Positions 1-8,161 of a DNA stretch of 24,000 nt are shown here, piece by piece. Every line of letters starts with the position of its first letter. Within the stretch, counting starts at the first letter, position 1. The position numbers and the translations under genes are program-made. Under the pieces are notes generated by a model. That model worked only from the letters and a program-made list of their open reading frames with translations. It had not been told where the DNA came from and did no database searches. The DNA lies in the NCBI GenBank assembly GCA_003215655.1, contig QCKB01000009.1:33194-57193 (forward strand), written 5' to 3'. Source of the stretch: Prochlorococcus sp. AG-409-J16. Lineage in GTDB: Bacteria; Cyanobacteriota; Cyanobacteriia; PCC-6307; Cyanobiaceae.

Positions 1-1
1 T

Positions 2-892
2 TTTAATCAAATCAGTCAAAAAAAAGAAATTCAGACTTTAAGCAAACGATGGAAGAGACTTTCGTCACAACATCCTGATTTAATAGCAAGTGGATTTATG
101 CTTATTCTAGATAATGGGATGCATGCAAAATTATCTCCAAGTACCCCTCTACCTGCAGCAAGCTCTATAAAGACACCAATACTTTTGGTAACTCTTCAAA
201 TGTTAGATAAAGGGTTAATAGAATGGAACGAACAACTGACACTTACAAAGGAAGTTATCGGTGGAGGAGCAGGTTGGATGGCACTTAAACCAGTTGGAAC
301 AACCTTCCCTCTTCATGAAGTTGCAACCGAAATGATTAGAGTTAGTGACAATACAGCAACTAACTTACTGATTAAAAGGATCGGAGGAAGAGATGTACTT
401 AACCAAAAATTAAATACACTTGGACTAAACGAAACTGTTGTTAATAATTGGCTGCCAGATTTAAAGGGGACTAATACAACAAGCGCCTATGATCTAACTA
501 AATCAATTGCGTTGGTAGATACAGGACAAGTCCTTAGTCGTCGCTCAAGAGATCTTTTTAGAGAAGTAATGGGCTCGTCTAAAAACAATCGCTTACTTCC
601 AACTGGACTACTTCGAGGTGGGCTAGGAAACGAGCGAAGTGAGCCTGATTACAGCCTTTTAATAAAGGGGTATCGCGTATACAACAAAACAGGAGACATT
701 GGAATCTCATATGCAGATGCAGGCCTCATCCAATTACCTAACAACAAAAGGGCCGTGGCAGGATTTATTGTTAAAGGCCCTTTCAACGACCCACGCTCTC
801 CTGAGTTAATAAGAAACATGGCTGCTGCAATGGTTCCCAACCTAAGGCCAACCATTACTTCACCGAACAGCTTTCAAATAAAGAAAGAATAG
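2..892 (+). CDS. Class A beta-lactamase-fold serine hydrolase (5' end outside window)
   Basis: The frame of ORF 98..892 stays open back to nt 2, so the gene starts upstream of the window. The three class-A/PBP motifs occur in order: SxxK (ASSIK), SDN (RVSDNTATNLL), KTG (YNKTGD). The omega-loop segment aligned by eye to RWEPELN reads NWLPDLK. Confidence 0.8.
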   Translation, partial: FNQISQKKEIQTLSKRWKRLSSQHPDLIASGFMLILDNGMHAKLSPSTPLPAASSIKTPILLVTLQMLDKGLIEWNEQLTLTKEVIGGGAGWMALKPVGTTFPLHEVATEMIRVSDNTATNLLIKRIGGRDVLNQKLNTLGLNETVVNNWLPDLKGTNTTSAYDLTKSIALVDTGQVLSRRSRDLFREVMGSSKNNRLLPTGLLRGGLGNERSEPDYSLLIKGYRVYNKTGDIGISYADAGLIQLPNNKRAVAGFIVKGPFNDPRSPELIRNMAAAMVPNLRPTITSPNSFQIKKE

Positions 893-1001
893 ATCTTCCT
901 AGATATTGCAATTTATGCCGACCTTGGTACACCTTTGCCATTGATAAAAGCTCTAGGTGACCTAATTATGAAACAATCCCAATGAAGCACGTAAACAAAC
1001 A

Positions 1002-2090
1002 GTGAGTTCACTCAGGAAGCGGAGGGTCTTCCCCTTTACAGCCGTAATCGGCCAGGAAGAGATGAAGTTGGCGTTACTACTCAACGTCATCGACCCACGA
1101 ATTGGCGGGGTAATGATCATGGGAGATCGAGGGACAGGTAAATCAACCACTATTAGAGCTTTAGCGGATCTACTCCCTGGGATTGATGTGGTAACTGGGG
1201 ACCCATATAACAGCTCGCCAGAGGACCCAGACCTTCAAAGCAGTGAGGTACGGCAGAAAGTTGAAGACGGGGAGGACTTATCTATAGAGCAAAAACAAGT
1301 ACCGATGATTGACCTCCCTCTTGGAGCGACAGAAGACCGTTTATGCGGAACAATCGATATTGAGAAAGCATTAAGTGAAGGTATAAGAGCTTTCGAACCA
1401 GGTCTCTTAGCTAAAGCTAATCGAGGCTTGTTATATGTAGATGAGGTGAATTTGCTTGATGACCATCTAGTGGATGTACTTCTTGATTCTGCCGCCTCAG
1501 GTTGGAACACAGTTGAAAGAGAAGGAGTATCAGTTAGACATCCAGCAAGATTCGTATTGATTGGTTCTGGGAATCCTGAGGAAGGAGAACTACGCCCACA
1601 ACTTTTAGATCGATTTGGAATGAGTGTAGAAGTAAGAACTGTTCGTGAGCCTGATCTTCGAGTACAGGTTGTTGACCAAAGAACCGCCTTCGATACCGAC
1701 CCCGACAACTTCGCTAACTCAGTCCAAGAGAGCCAAGAAAAACTTCAAAAGAAAATCATTGAAGCAAAAAATAGACTTGAGAACGTAACTATCGACAATG
1801 ATCTTCGACTAAGTATCTCTTCTGTTTGTGGTGAGCTTGACGTTGATGGTCTACGAGGAGACATCGTTACCAATAGAGCGGCTAGAGCCTTAGCAGCATT
1901 TGAAGGAAGAACAGACGTCACTGAAAATGATATAGCCAGAGTAGTTACTTGCTCTCTTAGACATAGATTAAGAAAAGACCCTTTAGAGCAAATTGATTCT
2001 GGTGACAGAGTTGTAAAAGTGTTTTGCAAAGTTTTTGATCGCAATGAAACTACTGATCAATCAGAGTTTGAATTAGCTATCGCCAACTAA
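1002..2090 (+). CDS. chlI: Magnesium chelatase ATPase subunit ChlI
   Basis: N-terminus [41 protein letters not shown] is the canonical ChlI signature with a Walker A. Walker B is [13 protein letters not shown] at 1002 is the only ATG/GTG/TTG codon between the upstream in-frame stop (969-971) and the conserved FPFTA block. Confidence 0.95.
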   Translation: MSSLRKRRVFPFTAVIGQEEMKLALLLNVIDPRIGGVMIMGDRGTGKSTTIRALADLLPGIDVVTGDPYNSSPEDPDLQSSEVRQKVEDGEDLSIEQKQVPMIDLPLGATEDRLCGTIDIEKALSEGIRAFEPGLLAKANRGLLYVDEVNLLDDHLVDVLLDSAASGWNTVEREGVSVRHPARFVLIGSGNPEEGELRPQLLDRFGMSVEVRTVREPDLRVQVVDQRTAFDTDPDNFANSVQESQEKLQKKIIEAKNRLENVTIDNDLRLSISSVCGELDVDGLRGDIVTNRAARALAAFEGRTDVTENDIARVVTCSLRHRLRKDPLEQIDSGDRVVKVFCKVFDRNETTDQSEFELAIAN

Positions 2091-2094
2091 AAGA

Positions 2095-2559
2095 TTGCGC
2101 ATCATTGGTATAGACCCAGGTCTTGCAAGGGTGGGGTATGGGGTAATTGAAACCTCATTCAAAGAACCGAAAATGCTGGATTGTGGAATCATTCGAACAG
2201 AAGCAGGGCAACCAGATGGCGAAAGGATGAAAGAAATTGCAGATGACCTTCAAGAACTTCTAAAAACTTGGTCACCTGATTTAGCTGTTGTTGAGAAATT
2301 CTTTTTCTACCGATCAAGCACAACTATTAGCGTTGTGCAGGCTAGAGGTGTTTTGATAATGACTCTAGCTCGGCTAAATGTTCCCATCCTTGAGTTCCCT
2401 CCAATGCAAATAAAACTTGCTCTTACTGGCTCAGGCCATGCAGACAAGGTTGAGGTACTCGAAGCCGTTATGAGAGAGCTAAGACTTGAGACCCCCCCCC
2501 GTCCAGATGATGCAGCAGATGCATTGGCTGCAGCGTTAACAGGTTGGTTCTATAAATAA
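2095..2559 (+). CDS. ruvC: Holliday junction resolvase RuvC
   Basis: MRIIGIDPGLARVGYGVIE matches the RuvC N-terminal catalytic motif, and the C-terminal PRPDDAADALAAAL matches the conserved acidic motif. It starts at TTG, 4 nt after the chlI stop. Confidence 0.9.
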   Translation: MRIIGIDPGLARVGYGVIETSFKEPKMLDCGIIRTEAGQPDGERMKEIADDLQELLKTWSPDLAVVEKFFFYRSSTTISVVQARGVLIMTLARLNVPILEFPPMQIKLALTGSGHADKVEVLEAVMRELRLETPPRPDDAADALAAALTGWFYK

Positions 2560-2708
2560 AAATGGTCAAGAGACTATTAAACTTATAGGGACTAAAAATA
2601 GAGAATTCAATCTGACTTTAAAAATCTTTCCTTGACCAATTTTTCAAAGGTTTAGTATACTTTATGAGACTATTACTAAAAAATTAATTCACTAATTATA
2701 AGACTAGA

Positions 2709-3275
2709 ATGTCTATCACTTCAAGAAAAGTAGAAAAGCGAATTCAATTCAAAAAGATCCGCTCAGATTCAATGCCAAGAGCTGAAGCCAGAATCTTCGA
2801 ACAAGTTTCAAATGCTTTGCAATTAAAAATAGAATCTCAAAAACTTTTCGGCCATCTAGGACTTTATTGGCCTTTGGCTAATGAAGTCGATCTAAGACCT
2901 CTTAAAGATTTCCTCAAAATCCCCCTGGCACTTCCAGCCAGTTTCAAAGACGGGCATCTTTCCTATCATCCTTGGACAACTAAGCCACTAATAAAAGACA
3001 GCAATAATATTCCTGCTCCACTTGATAATCGTGTATTAAACCCTAGGGAATTAGGGCTGTTACTTATACCTGCAATAGCTATGGACCTAAATGGATATCG
3101 TCTTGGCTATGGAGGTGGATTCTTTGACCGCCTTAGAACCAATAAAGAATGGGGCTCTATTCCCGCATTTGGGGTGCTTCCACAAGCTTGTATCTCATTA
3201 GAGCTTTTACCTAGAGAAGTTTGGGATATTCCTCTACATGGATGGATGACAGAAAAAGGACTCACCAATATTTAA
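2709..3275 (+). CDS. 5-formyltetrahydrofolate cyclo-ligase family protein
   Basis: The C-terminal motif GYRLGYGGGFFDR is the hallmark of the 5-FTHF cyclo-ligase (MTHFS) family. The size (188 aa) fits. Confidence 0.8.
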   Translation: MSITSRKVEKRIQFKKIRSDSMPRAEARIFEQVSNALQLKIESQKLFGHLGLYWPLANEVDLRPLKDFLKIPLALPASFKDGHLSYHPWTTKPLIKDSNNIPAPLDNRVLNPRELGLLLIPAIAMDLNGYRLGYGGGFFDRLRTNKEWGSIPAFGVLPQACISLELLPREVWDIPLHGWMTEKGLTNI

Positions 3276-3338
3276 TCTGTATCTATAGAGTTAATCTTTA
3301 ATTTGCCGCAACTACATATTTCAACTTGATCCTTTTAC

Positions 3339-3806
3339 ATGCAAGAACCCTCCAAAACTTCCTCCTCCAATTATGGGAGCTCCAATCTCAATAAAATTGT
3401 TGAGAGACTTCAAGGGACTTCAGACCCAAGAAGACGTTACGAATATGTGCTTTGGCTAGCGAAAGCACTCCCTCCTATGCCCCAAGAGCTTAAATCTGAA
3501 CAAATAAAAGTAAAAGGCTGCGTATCAGAAGTCCATATCCTGGGAAGACTCGTCAACGGAAAACTTGCCTGGGTCGGAGACTCAGATGCTCTTATAACAA
3601 GAGGATTATTAGCGATGCTTATAAAAGGACTCAGCGACCTGTCTCCTCAAGAAGTTATGGATATAGATCCAAGTTTCATCAAGGCCACCGGTCTCCATGG
3701 AAGCCTTACACCTTCTCGAGCAAACGGCTTCCTTAATATCCTTTTAAGTATGAAATCCCAAGCGCAACGATTGGCAATGAAAGAATCAAGGCCCACAAGT
3801 TCATAG
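3339..3806 (+). CDS. sufE: SufE-like cysteine desulfuration / Fe-S assembly protein
   Basis: RRRYEYVLWLAKALPPMPQELKSEQIKVKGCVSEVHI matches the SufE/CsdE family pattern, with the conserved Cys in KVxGCxSxVW/H context. The C-terminus has SRANGFLNIL. Confidence 0.75.
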   Translation: MQEPSKTSSSNYGSSNLNKIVERLQGTSDPRRRYEYVLWLAKALPPMPQELKSEQIKVKGCVSEVHILGRLVNGKLAWVGDSDALITRGLLAMLIKGLSDLSPQEVMDIDPSFIKATGLHGSLTPSRANGFLNILLSMKSQAQRLAMKESRPTSS

Positions 3807-3839
3807 AGTCCCTCATAAGAACAAGTACTAGGAAAAATC

Positions 3840-5156
3840 ATGGGAAAAAGAATTGGAATAGGTCTGCTAGGTCTTGGAACAGTTGGGGCAGGAGTAGCAA
3901 AGATCCTAAATAGCCCTGAGGGCCGTAACCCACTTCTAAATAACTTGGAGCTGGTAGAGGTTGCAGTAAGAGATTTAGACCGTTTGAGACCTATTGATTT
4001 ACCAAGGTCACTTTTGACCACTAGCCCAGAGAAAGTTATTGAAAACCCCAAAGTTCAAGTTGTTGTCGAGGTTTTAGGTGGCATTGAACCAGCAAGAACT
4101 TTAATTCTCAAAGCAATCGCTTCTGGAAAATCAGTTGTCACTGCTAATAAAGCTGTAATAGCCAGACATGGCCAAGAAATAGCTACAGCCGCATCCGCAG
4201 CAGGGGTTTATGTCCTAATCGAAGCAGCAGTTGGAGGGGGCATTCCAATTATTGAACCCCTTAAACAATCACTAGGTGGGAACAAAATCAGAAAAGTCAG
4301 CGGAATTATTAATGGCACAACCAATTACATCCTTAGTCGGATGGCAAAAGAAGGTATCGCATATAAAGAAGTACTAAAAGTTGCACAAGATTTAGGATAT
4401 GCCGAAGCAGATCCAGCAGCGGATGTCGAAGGTTTGGATGCTGCAGATAAGATCGCCATTTTAAGTGGTTTAGCCTTTGGTGGCTCTATTGACCGCTCCG
4501 AAATACCAACCAAAGGAATAACTAATTTAGAAAAACGTGATGTCGATTATGCGAAGGAACTTGGATATGTGGTGAAACTTCTAGCAACTGCTGAACATCT
4601 CAATTCAAAAACTGAGGGAAACAATTTTCTACCTCTTGCTCTTCAAGTCCAACCAACCCTTATCCCTTTGGAACATCCTCTTGCTGGAGTAAATGGGGTC
4701 AACAACGCAATCCTTATTGAAGGTGATCCAATCGGGGAAGTCATGTTCTATGGGCCTGGCGCAGGCTCTGGACCTACCGCTTCGGCTGTAGTCGCTGACA
4801 TCCTAAATATTGCAGGGATACAGCAAGTAGAAAGTCATACAGGTGAATTGGACCCATTACTGGCCGCATCTAGTTGGCGAAAGTGCTCTCTAGTAAAACC
4901 AGATGCAATCATTCAAAGAAACTACATACGTTTCAATGCAATAAACAAACCAGGAGTTATTGGATTAATTGGCACCCATTTCGGGAATAGGGATGTTTCT
5001 ATCCAATCAATAGTGCAATTCGACACTTCTGATTCAGTCGCAGAAATTGTTGTCATTACTCATCAAGTTAGCCAAGGTCAAATGAAAGATGCCCTAAATG
5101 CAATTACCAAATCGCCTGAAATCAAAGGGGTTTCTGCTCACTATGGCTGCCTCTAA
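3840..5156 (+). CDS. hom: Homoserine dehydrogenase
   Basis: N-terminal NAD-binding GLLGLGTVG, a central GIINGTTNYIL motif, LGYAEADPAADVEGLDAADK, and a C-terminal ACT-like regulatory tail. The typical length is about 435 aa. Confidence 0.93.
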   Translation: MGKRIGIGLLGLGTVGAGVAKILNSPEGRNPLLNNLELVEVAVRDLDRLRPIDLPRSLLTTSPEKVIENPKVQVVVEVLGGIEPARTLILKAIASGKSVVTANKAVIARHGQEIATAASAAGVYVLIEAAVGGGIPIIEPLKQSLGGNKIRKVSGIINGTTNYILSRMAKEGIAYKEVLKVAQDLGYAEADPAADVEGLDAADKIAILSGLAFGGSIDRSEIPTKGITNLEKRDVDYAKELGYVVKLLATAEHLNSKTEGNNFLPLALQVQPTLIPLEHPLAGVNGVNNAILIEGDPIGEVMFYGPGAGSGPTASAVVADILNIAGIQQVESHTGELDPLLAASSWRKCSLVKPDAIIQRNYIRFNAINKPGVIGLIGTHFGNRDVSIQSIVQFDTSDSVAEIVVITHQVSQGQMKDALNAITKSPEIKGVSAHYGCL

Positions 5157-5292
5157 TTCAATAACCTAGTACCTTAATGATCAGCTACTGCTTTGAGTTA
5201 TGTATAAATAGGCTCAAAACCTAGTCATCAGACGCTGACGATCTCCAGCAAAGACTGACTGACAGCGCTTTGATGGAATTAATTCGCTAAGT

Positions 5293-5523
5293 ATTGCCAT
5301 AGAAAGACCTACCGTTACTGACCTTCATCAAGGGGACTGCGTACAACTCCTAAGCCATCAGGACCTCTTTCAAGTAATTGGGGTTGATACAGATCACAAC
5401 AGATGCTGGATAAGACGCTGGCCTCTTCTTCCTAAGGGCTCTCCAGTCTTTGAAGTTTCAATTCAACAGATAGCTTTAACTGATAATTCTAAAAACCAAT
5501 CCACTATCCAAGCCCTTGAATAA
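5293..5523 (+). CDS. Small protein-like ORF without canonical start codon (frame open 5263..5523)
   Basis: There are 87 stop-free codons in an AT-rich spacer. The translation is QRFDGINSLSIAIERPTVTDLHQGDCVQLLSHQDLFQVIGVDTDHNRCWIRRWPLLPKGSPVFEVSIQQIALTDNSKNQSTIQALE. No ATG, GTG or TTG lies in frame. The only near-cognate candidates are ATT 5278, ATT 5293 and ATA 5299, so the start coordinate is a guess. It is absent from the ORF track for that reason. Confidence 0.45.
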   Translation: MAIERPTVTDLHQGDCVQLLSHQDLFQVIGVDTDHNRCWIRRWPLLPKGSPVFEVSIQQIALTDNSKNQSTIQALE

Positions 5524-5546
5524 GGGGTAATACCACTTTCATCGTT

Positions 5547-7142
5547 TTGCCCAAACAAGGCAATAAGAAAATTACATTCCCAAGTTTGGTCTTTGCAATC
5601 ACAAGCTTGGTCCTGATAGCTAGCCTGACTGCTTGTAAACCTAAAAGAAATAGTGCTCGAATAATTGTTGGAAGTACAGGAAAAATAACCTCCCTTGATC
5701 CTGCTCAAGCAAACACTTTCCAAACTCTCCAGCTACTAAGGGCACTAGGCGACCCTTTATACAAGTTAGACAACAACGGAAACCTTTCTCCTGTTTTAGC
5801 CTCAGGCCTTCCTCAAATAAGCAATAAAGGTCTAACAGTTTCAATCCCTCTTCGGAAAGATGTTCTTTTTCATGATGGGACAATCTTCGATGCATATGCA
5901 ATGGCTTTTAGCCTCAAACGCTTCACACGAATAGGAACACTTAATTATATTTTAGGAGGTCGAATAGCTTCTATAGAGACTCCAGAAAAATATTTACTAA
6001 GGCTAAGATTAAATCGCCCTTCGAGCTCACTCCAAGGACTACTTACATCAATAAATCTAACTCCTGTTTCTCCAAAAGCTTATGCTGACCACGAAAATAA
6101 TTTCCTAAATAAAAGATTTGTTGGGACAGGCGCCTATAAGCTTTCCAACTTCCAAGTGCAGAAACAACGGTTAGAGCCATTTGAAGAATACTGGGGTGAG
6201 ACTTCAAAGAACAAAGGAATTGACTATATAAATCTAAGTAATTCAACTGCACTCTTTGGAGCAATGAGGACAGGAGAGGTGGATGTATTGATTTCAAACT
6301 CTCTTGACGAAGATCAAAAGCTTGCACTAAATAATATGAAAATTCAAGGAAAGCTGAAAGAGGGAGTTGGCCCAGCCCTCGAAATAGGTTACATTACTCT
6401 ACTAACAAATAAATATCCTTTTAACCAAAAGAGATTACGAAAAGCCTTATCACTTTCGTTAAACAGAGACTTAATTAGCAAGCGAGTAAGCTATGGTCTA
6501 CGTAAACCACTTAGATCCATAATTCCACCAACTCTGAAGGGAGGGAAAGATAATACTTGGCCAAGTTATAATCCTATAGAAGCAAATAAATTATATGAAT
6601 CTGCTGGTTTTTGCCAAGGAAAGCAACTTTCCATTCAATTAACTTTTCGTTCTAATGTTCCAGCAGACAAACTTTTTGCCCTTACATGGCAATCTCAAAT
6701 CAAGCAAGATCTAAACAGCTGCTTAAAACTTTCATTAAATGGAGTTGAATCAACAACGGTTTATCGCCAACTTGGCGAAGGGGCCTTCCAAGCAGTAATT
6801 CTTGACTGGAGGGGAGCCTATCCAGATCCAGAGGCATATCTATATCCATTACTTAGCTGTAGACAAGCAAAAGGTTCAATTTGCGAATCTGGTGAAGCCG
6901 CAATAAGTGGCAGTTTCTGGACTGATAAAGCGATGGAGAGCTCTTTAAGATTAGGAGATCAACTACTTGGTCAGCAAAGGTTCAAGAAGCTTTTATCAAT
7001 AGAAAAAAAAGCTGCTGAAGGCTCTGCTTACCTACCAGTTTGGATTGTCAGGCCCAAGGCTTGGGCTCAACTCCATATCTCAACACCAGAATTTGATAGC
7101 AGCGGAAAGCTTTTGTTAAGTAGATTAAGGGTACTTCGCTAA
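5547..7142 (+). CDS. ABC transporter substrate-binding lipoprotein, peptide/nickel (family 5, DdpA/OppA-like)
   Basis: The lipoprotein signal has a basic n-region (PKQGNKK), a hydrophobic core and the lipobox LTAC. The mature part has family-5 SBP features (VGSTGKITSLDPAQA, FHDGT, VGTGAYKL, EPFEEYWG). TTG 5547 is the only canonical start after the in-frame stop at 5517-5519. Confidence 0.85.
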   Translation: MPKQGNKKITFPSLVFAITSLVLIASLTACKPKRNSARIIVGSTGKITSLDPAQANTFQTLQLLRALGDPLYKLDNNGNLSPVLASGLPQISNKGLTVSIPLRKDVLFHDGTIFDAYAMAFSLKRFTRIGTLNYILGGRIASIETPEKYLLRLRLNRPSSSLQGLLTSINLTPVSPKAYADHENNFLNKRFVGTGAYKLSNFQVQKQRLEPFEEYWGETSKNKGIDYINLSNSTALFGAMRTGEVDVLISNSLDEDQKLALNNMKIQGKLKEGVGPALEIGYITLLTNKYPFNQKRLRKALSLSLNRDLISKRVSYGLRKPLRSIIPPTLKGGKDNTWPSYNPIEANKLYESAGFCQGKQLSIQLTFRSNVPADKLFALTWQSQIKQDLNSCLKLSLNGVESTTVYRQLGEGAFQAVILDWRGAYPDPEAYLYPLLSCRQAKGSICESGEAAISGSFWTDKAMESSLRLGDQLLGQQRFKKLLSIEKKAAEGSAYLPVWIVRPKAWAQLHISTPEFDSSGKLLLSRLRVLR

Positions 7143-8161
7143 TGAGCAGAGGGAAAGAACTACTTAGATATACCGCTACCCGCTTGGCTTTAACCCCAAT
7201 CATGCTTTGGCTAATAGCAAGCATGGTTTTTTTACTTCTAAGAGTTGCTCCAGGAGACCCTGTTGATGCAGTCCTTGGAAGTAGAGCCTCAGATATTGCC
7301 AGAACTGCATTGAGGGCAAGACTTGGACTAGATCAACCACTATTAACCCAATACTTAGTATTTCTAAAAAAACTCTGTCAAGGAGACCTAGGCCAAGGAC
7401 TTATTAGTGAAGAACCAGTAAGCAAAATAATATCCCAAGCCTTACCAGCCACAATTGAACTAAGCCTAAGCGCACTAATAATTTCAATATTGATTGGCTT
7501 TGCTGTTGGTTTCAGTGGTATTGCACGACCTCAAGGGAAGGTTGATTTTTGGGGTCGAATATATGGAATAAGCACCTATGCAATACCTCCCTTCTGGGCA
7601 GCAATATTAATTCAACTATTTTTCGCCGTAAAATTAGGATGGCTTCCTGTTGGGGGCAGGTTTCCTCCTGGCTTGATAGCTCCTCAAGTTAGTGGCTACC
7701 TAATTCTAGATAGTTTCTTAACCGGTAATTTAACTGCACTTCAAGGAGCTCTCCGGCACCTTTTATTACCTGCAAGCACCTTAGGGATTCTTTTAAGTGG
7801 AATCTTCAGTCGAGCTTTAAGACTAAATCTTGAAAAAACACTTCAATCAGACCACGTAGAAGCTGCTAGAAGTCGAGGAATATCTGAACGACAGGTAATC
7901 CTTAAACATGCTCTACCTAATGCCCTGTTACCAATACTGACCATATTAGGGATAACAATTGCTTCATTAATTGGAGGAGTACTTCTTATTGAAATCACTT
8001 TTTCTTGGCCTGGAATTGCATTACGTCTTCAGGAAGCTATAAATCAGCGAGACTATCCAGTAGTACAAGGAATAGTAGTTGTAATAGCGTCATTAGTAGT
8101 CCTAATTAGCCTTGCAATCGATCTGGTAGTAGCAGCTATTGATCCTAGAGTTCGTTACTGA
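7142..8161 (+). CDS. ABC transporter permease, DppB/OppB type
   Basis: N-terminus RLALTPIMLWLIASMVFLLLRVAPGDPV is typical of DppB/OppB permeases. An EAA-like loop is present (SDHVEAARSRGISERQVILKHALPNALLPILT). Its ATG overlaps the SBP stop (TAATG at 7140-7144), implying translational coupling. Confidence 0.88.
   Translation: MSRGKELLRYTATRLALTPIMLWLIASMVFLLLRVAPGDPVDAVLGSRASDIARTALRARLGLDQPLLTQYLVFLKKLCQGDLGQGLISEEPVSKIISQALPATIELSLSALIISILIGFAVGFSGIARPQGKVDFWGRIYGISTYAIPPFWAAILIQLFFAVKLGWLPVGGRFPPGLIAPQVSGYLILDSFLTGNLTALQGALRHLLLPASTLGILLSGIFSRALRLNLEKTLQSDHVEAARSRGISERQVILKHALPNALLPILTILGITIASLIGGVLLIEITFSWPGIALRLQEAINQRDYPVVQGIVVVIASLVVLISLAIDLVVAAIDPRVRY

Noticed and set aside
2564-2637. 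7-bp inverted repeat ggtcaag … cttgacc downstream of ruvC
   Set aside because: The arms are 60 nt apart with no T-run. This is too weak for a terminator call and plausible by chance.
649-4513. Track ORFs 649..855(-), 962..1150(-), 1235..1708(-), 1745..2044(-), 3647..4051(-), 4325..4513(-)
   Set aside because: All lie antisense within strongly supported genes (beta-lactamase-fold hydrolase, chlI, sufE/hom). Their translations are Ser/Arg/Leu-rich mirror-frame artefacts with no motifs.
5463-6327. Track ORFs 5463..5723(-), 5641..5901(-), 6043..6327(-)
   Set aside because: They are antisense to the ABC binding-protein gene or to the start-less plus-strand frame, with no recognisable features. 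The plus-strand readings are far more protein-like.
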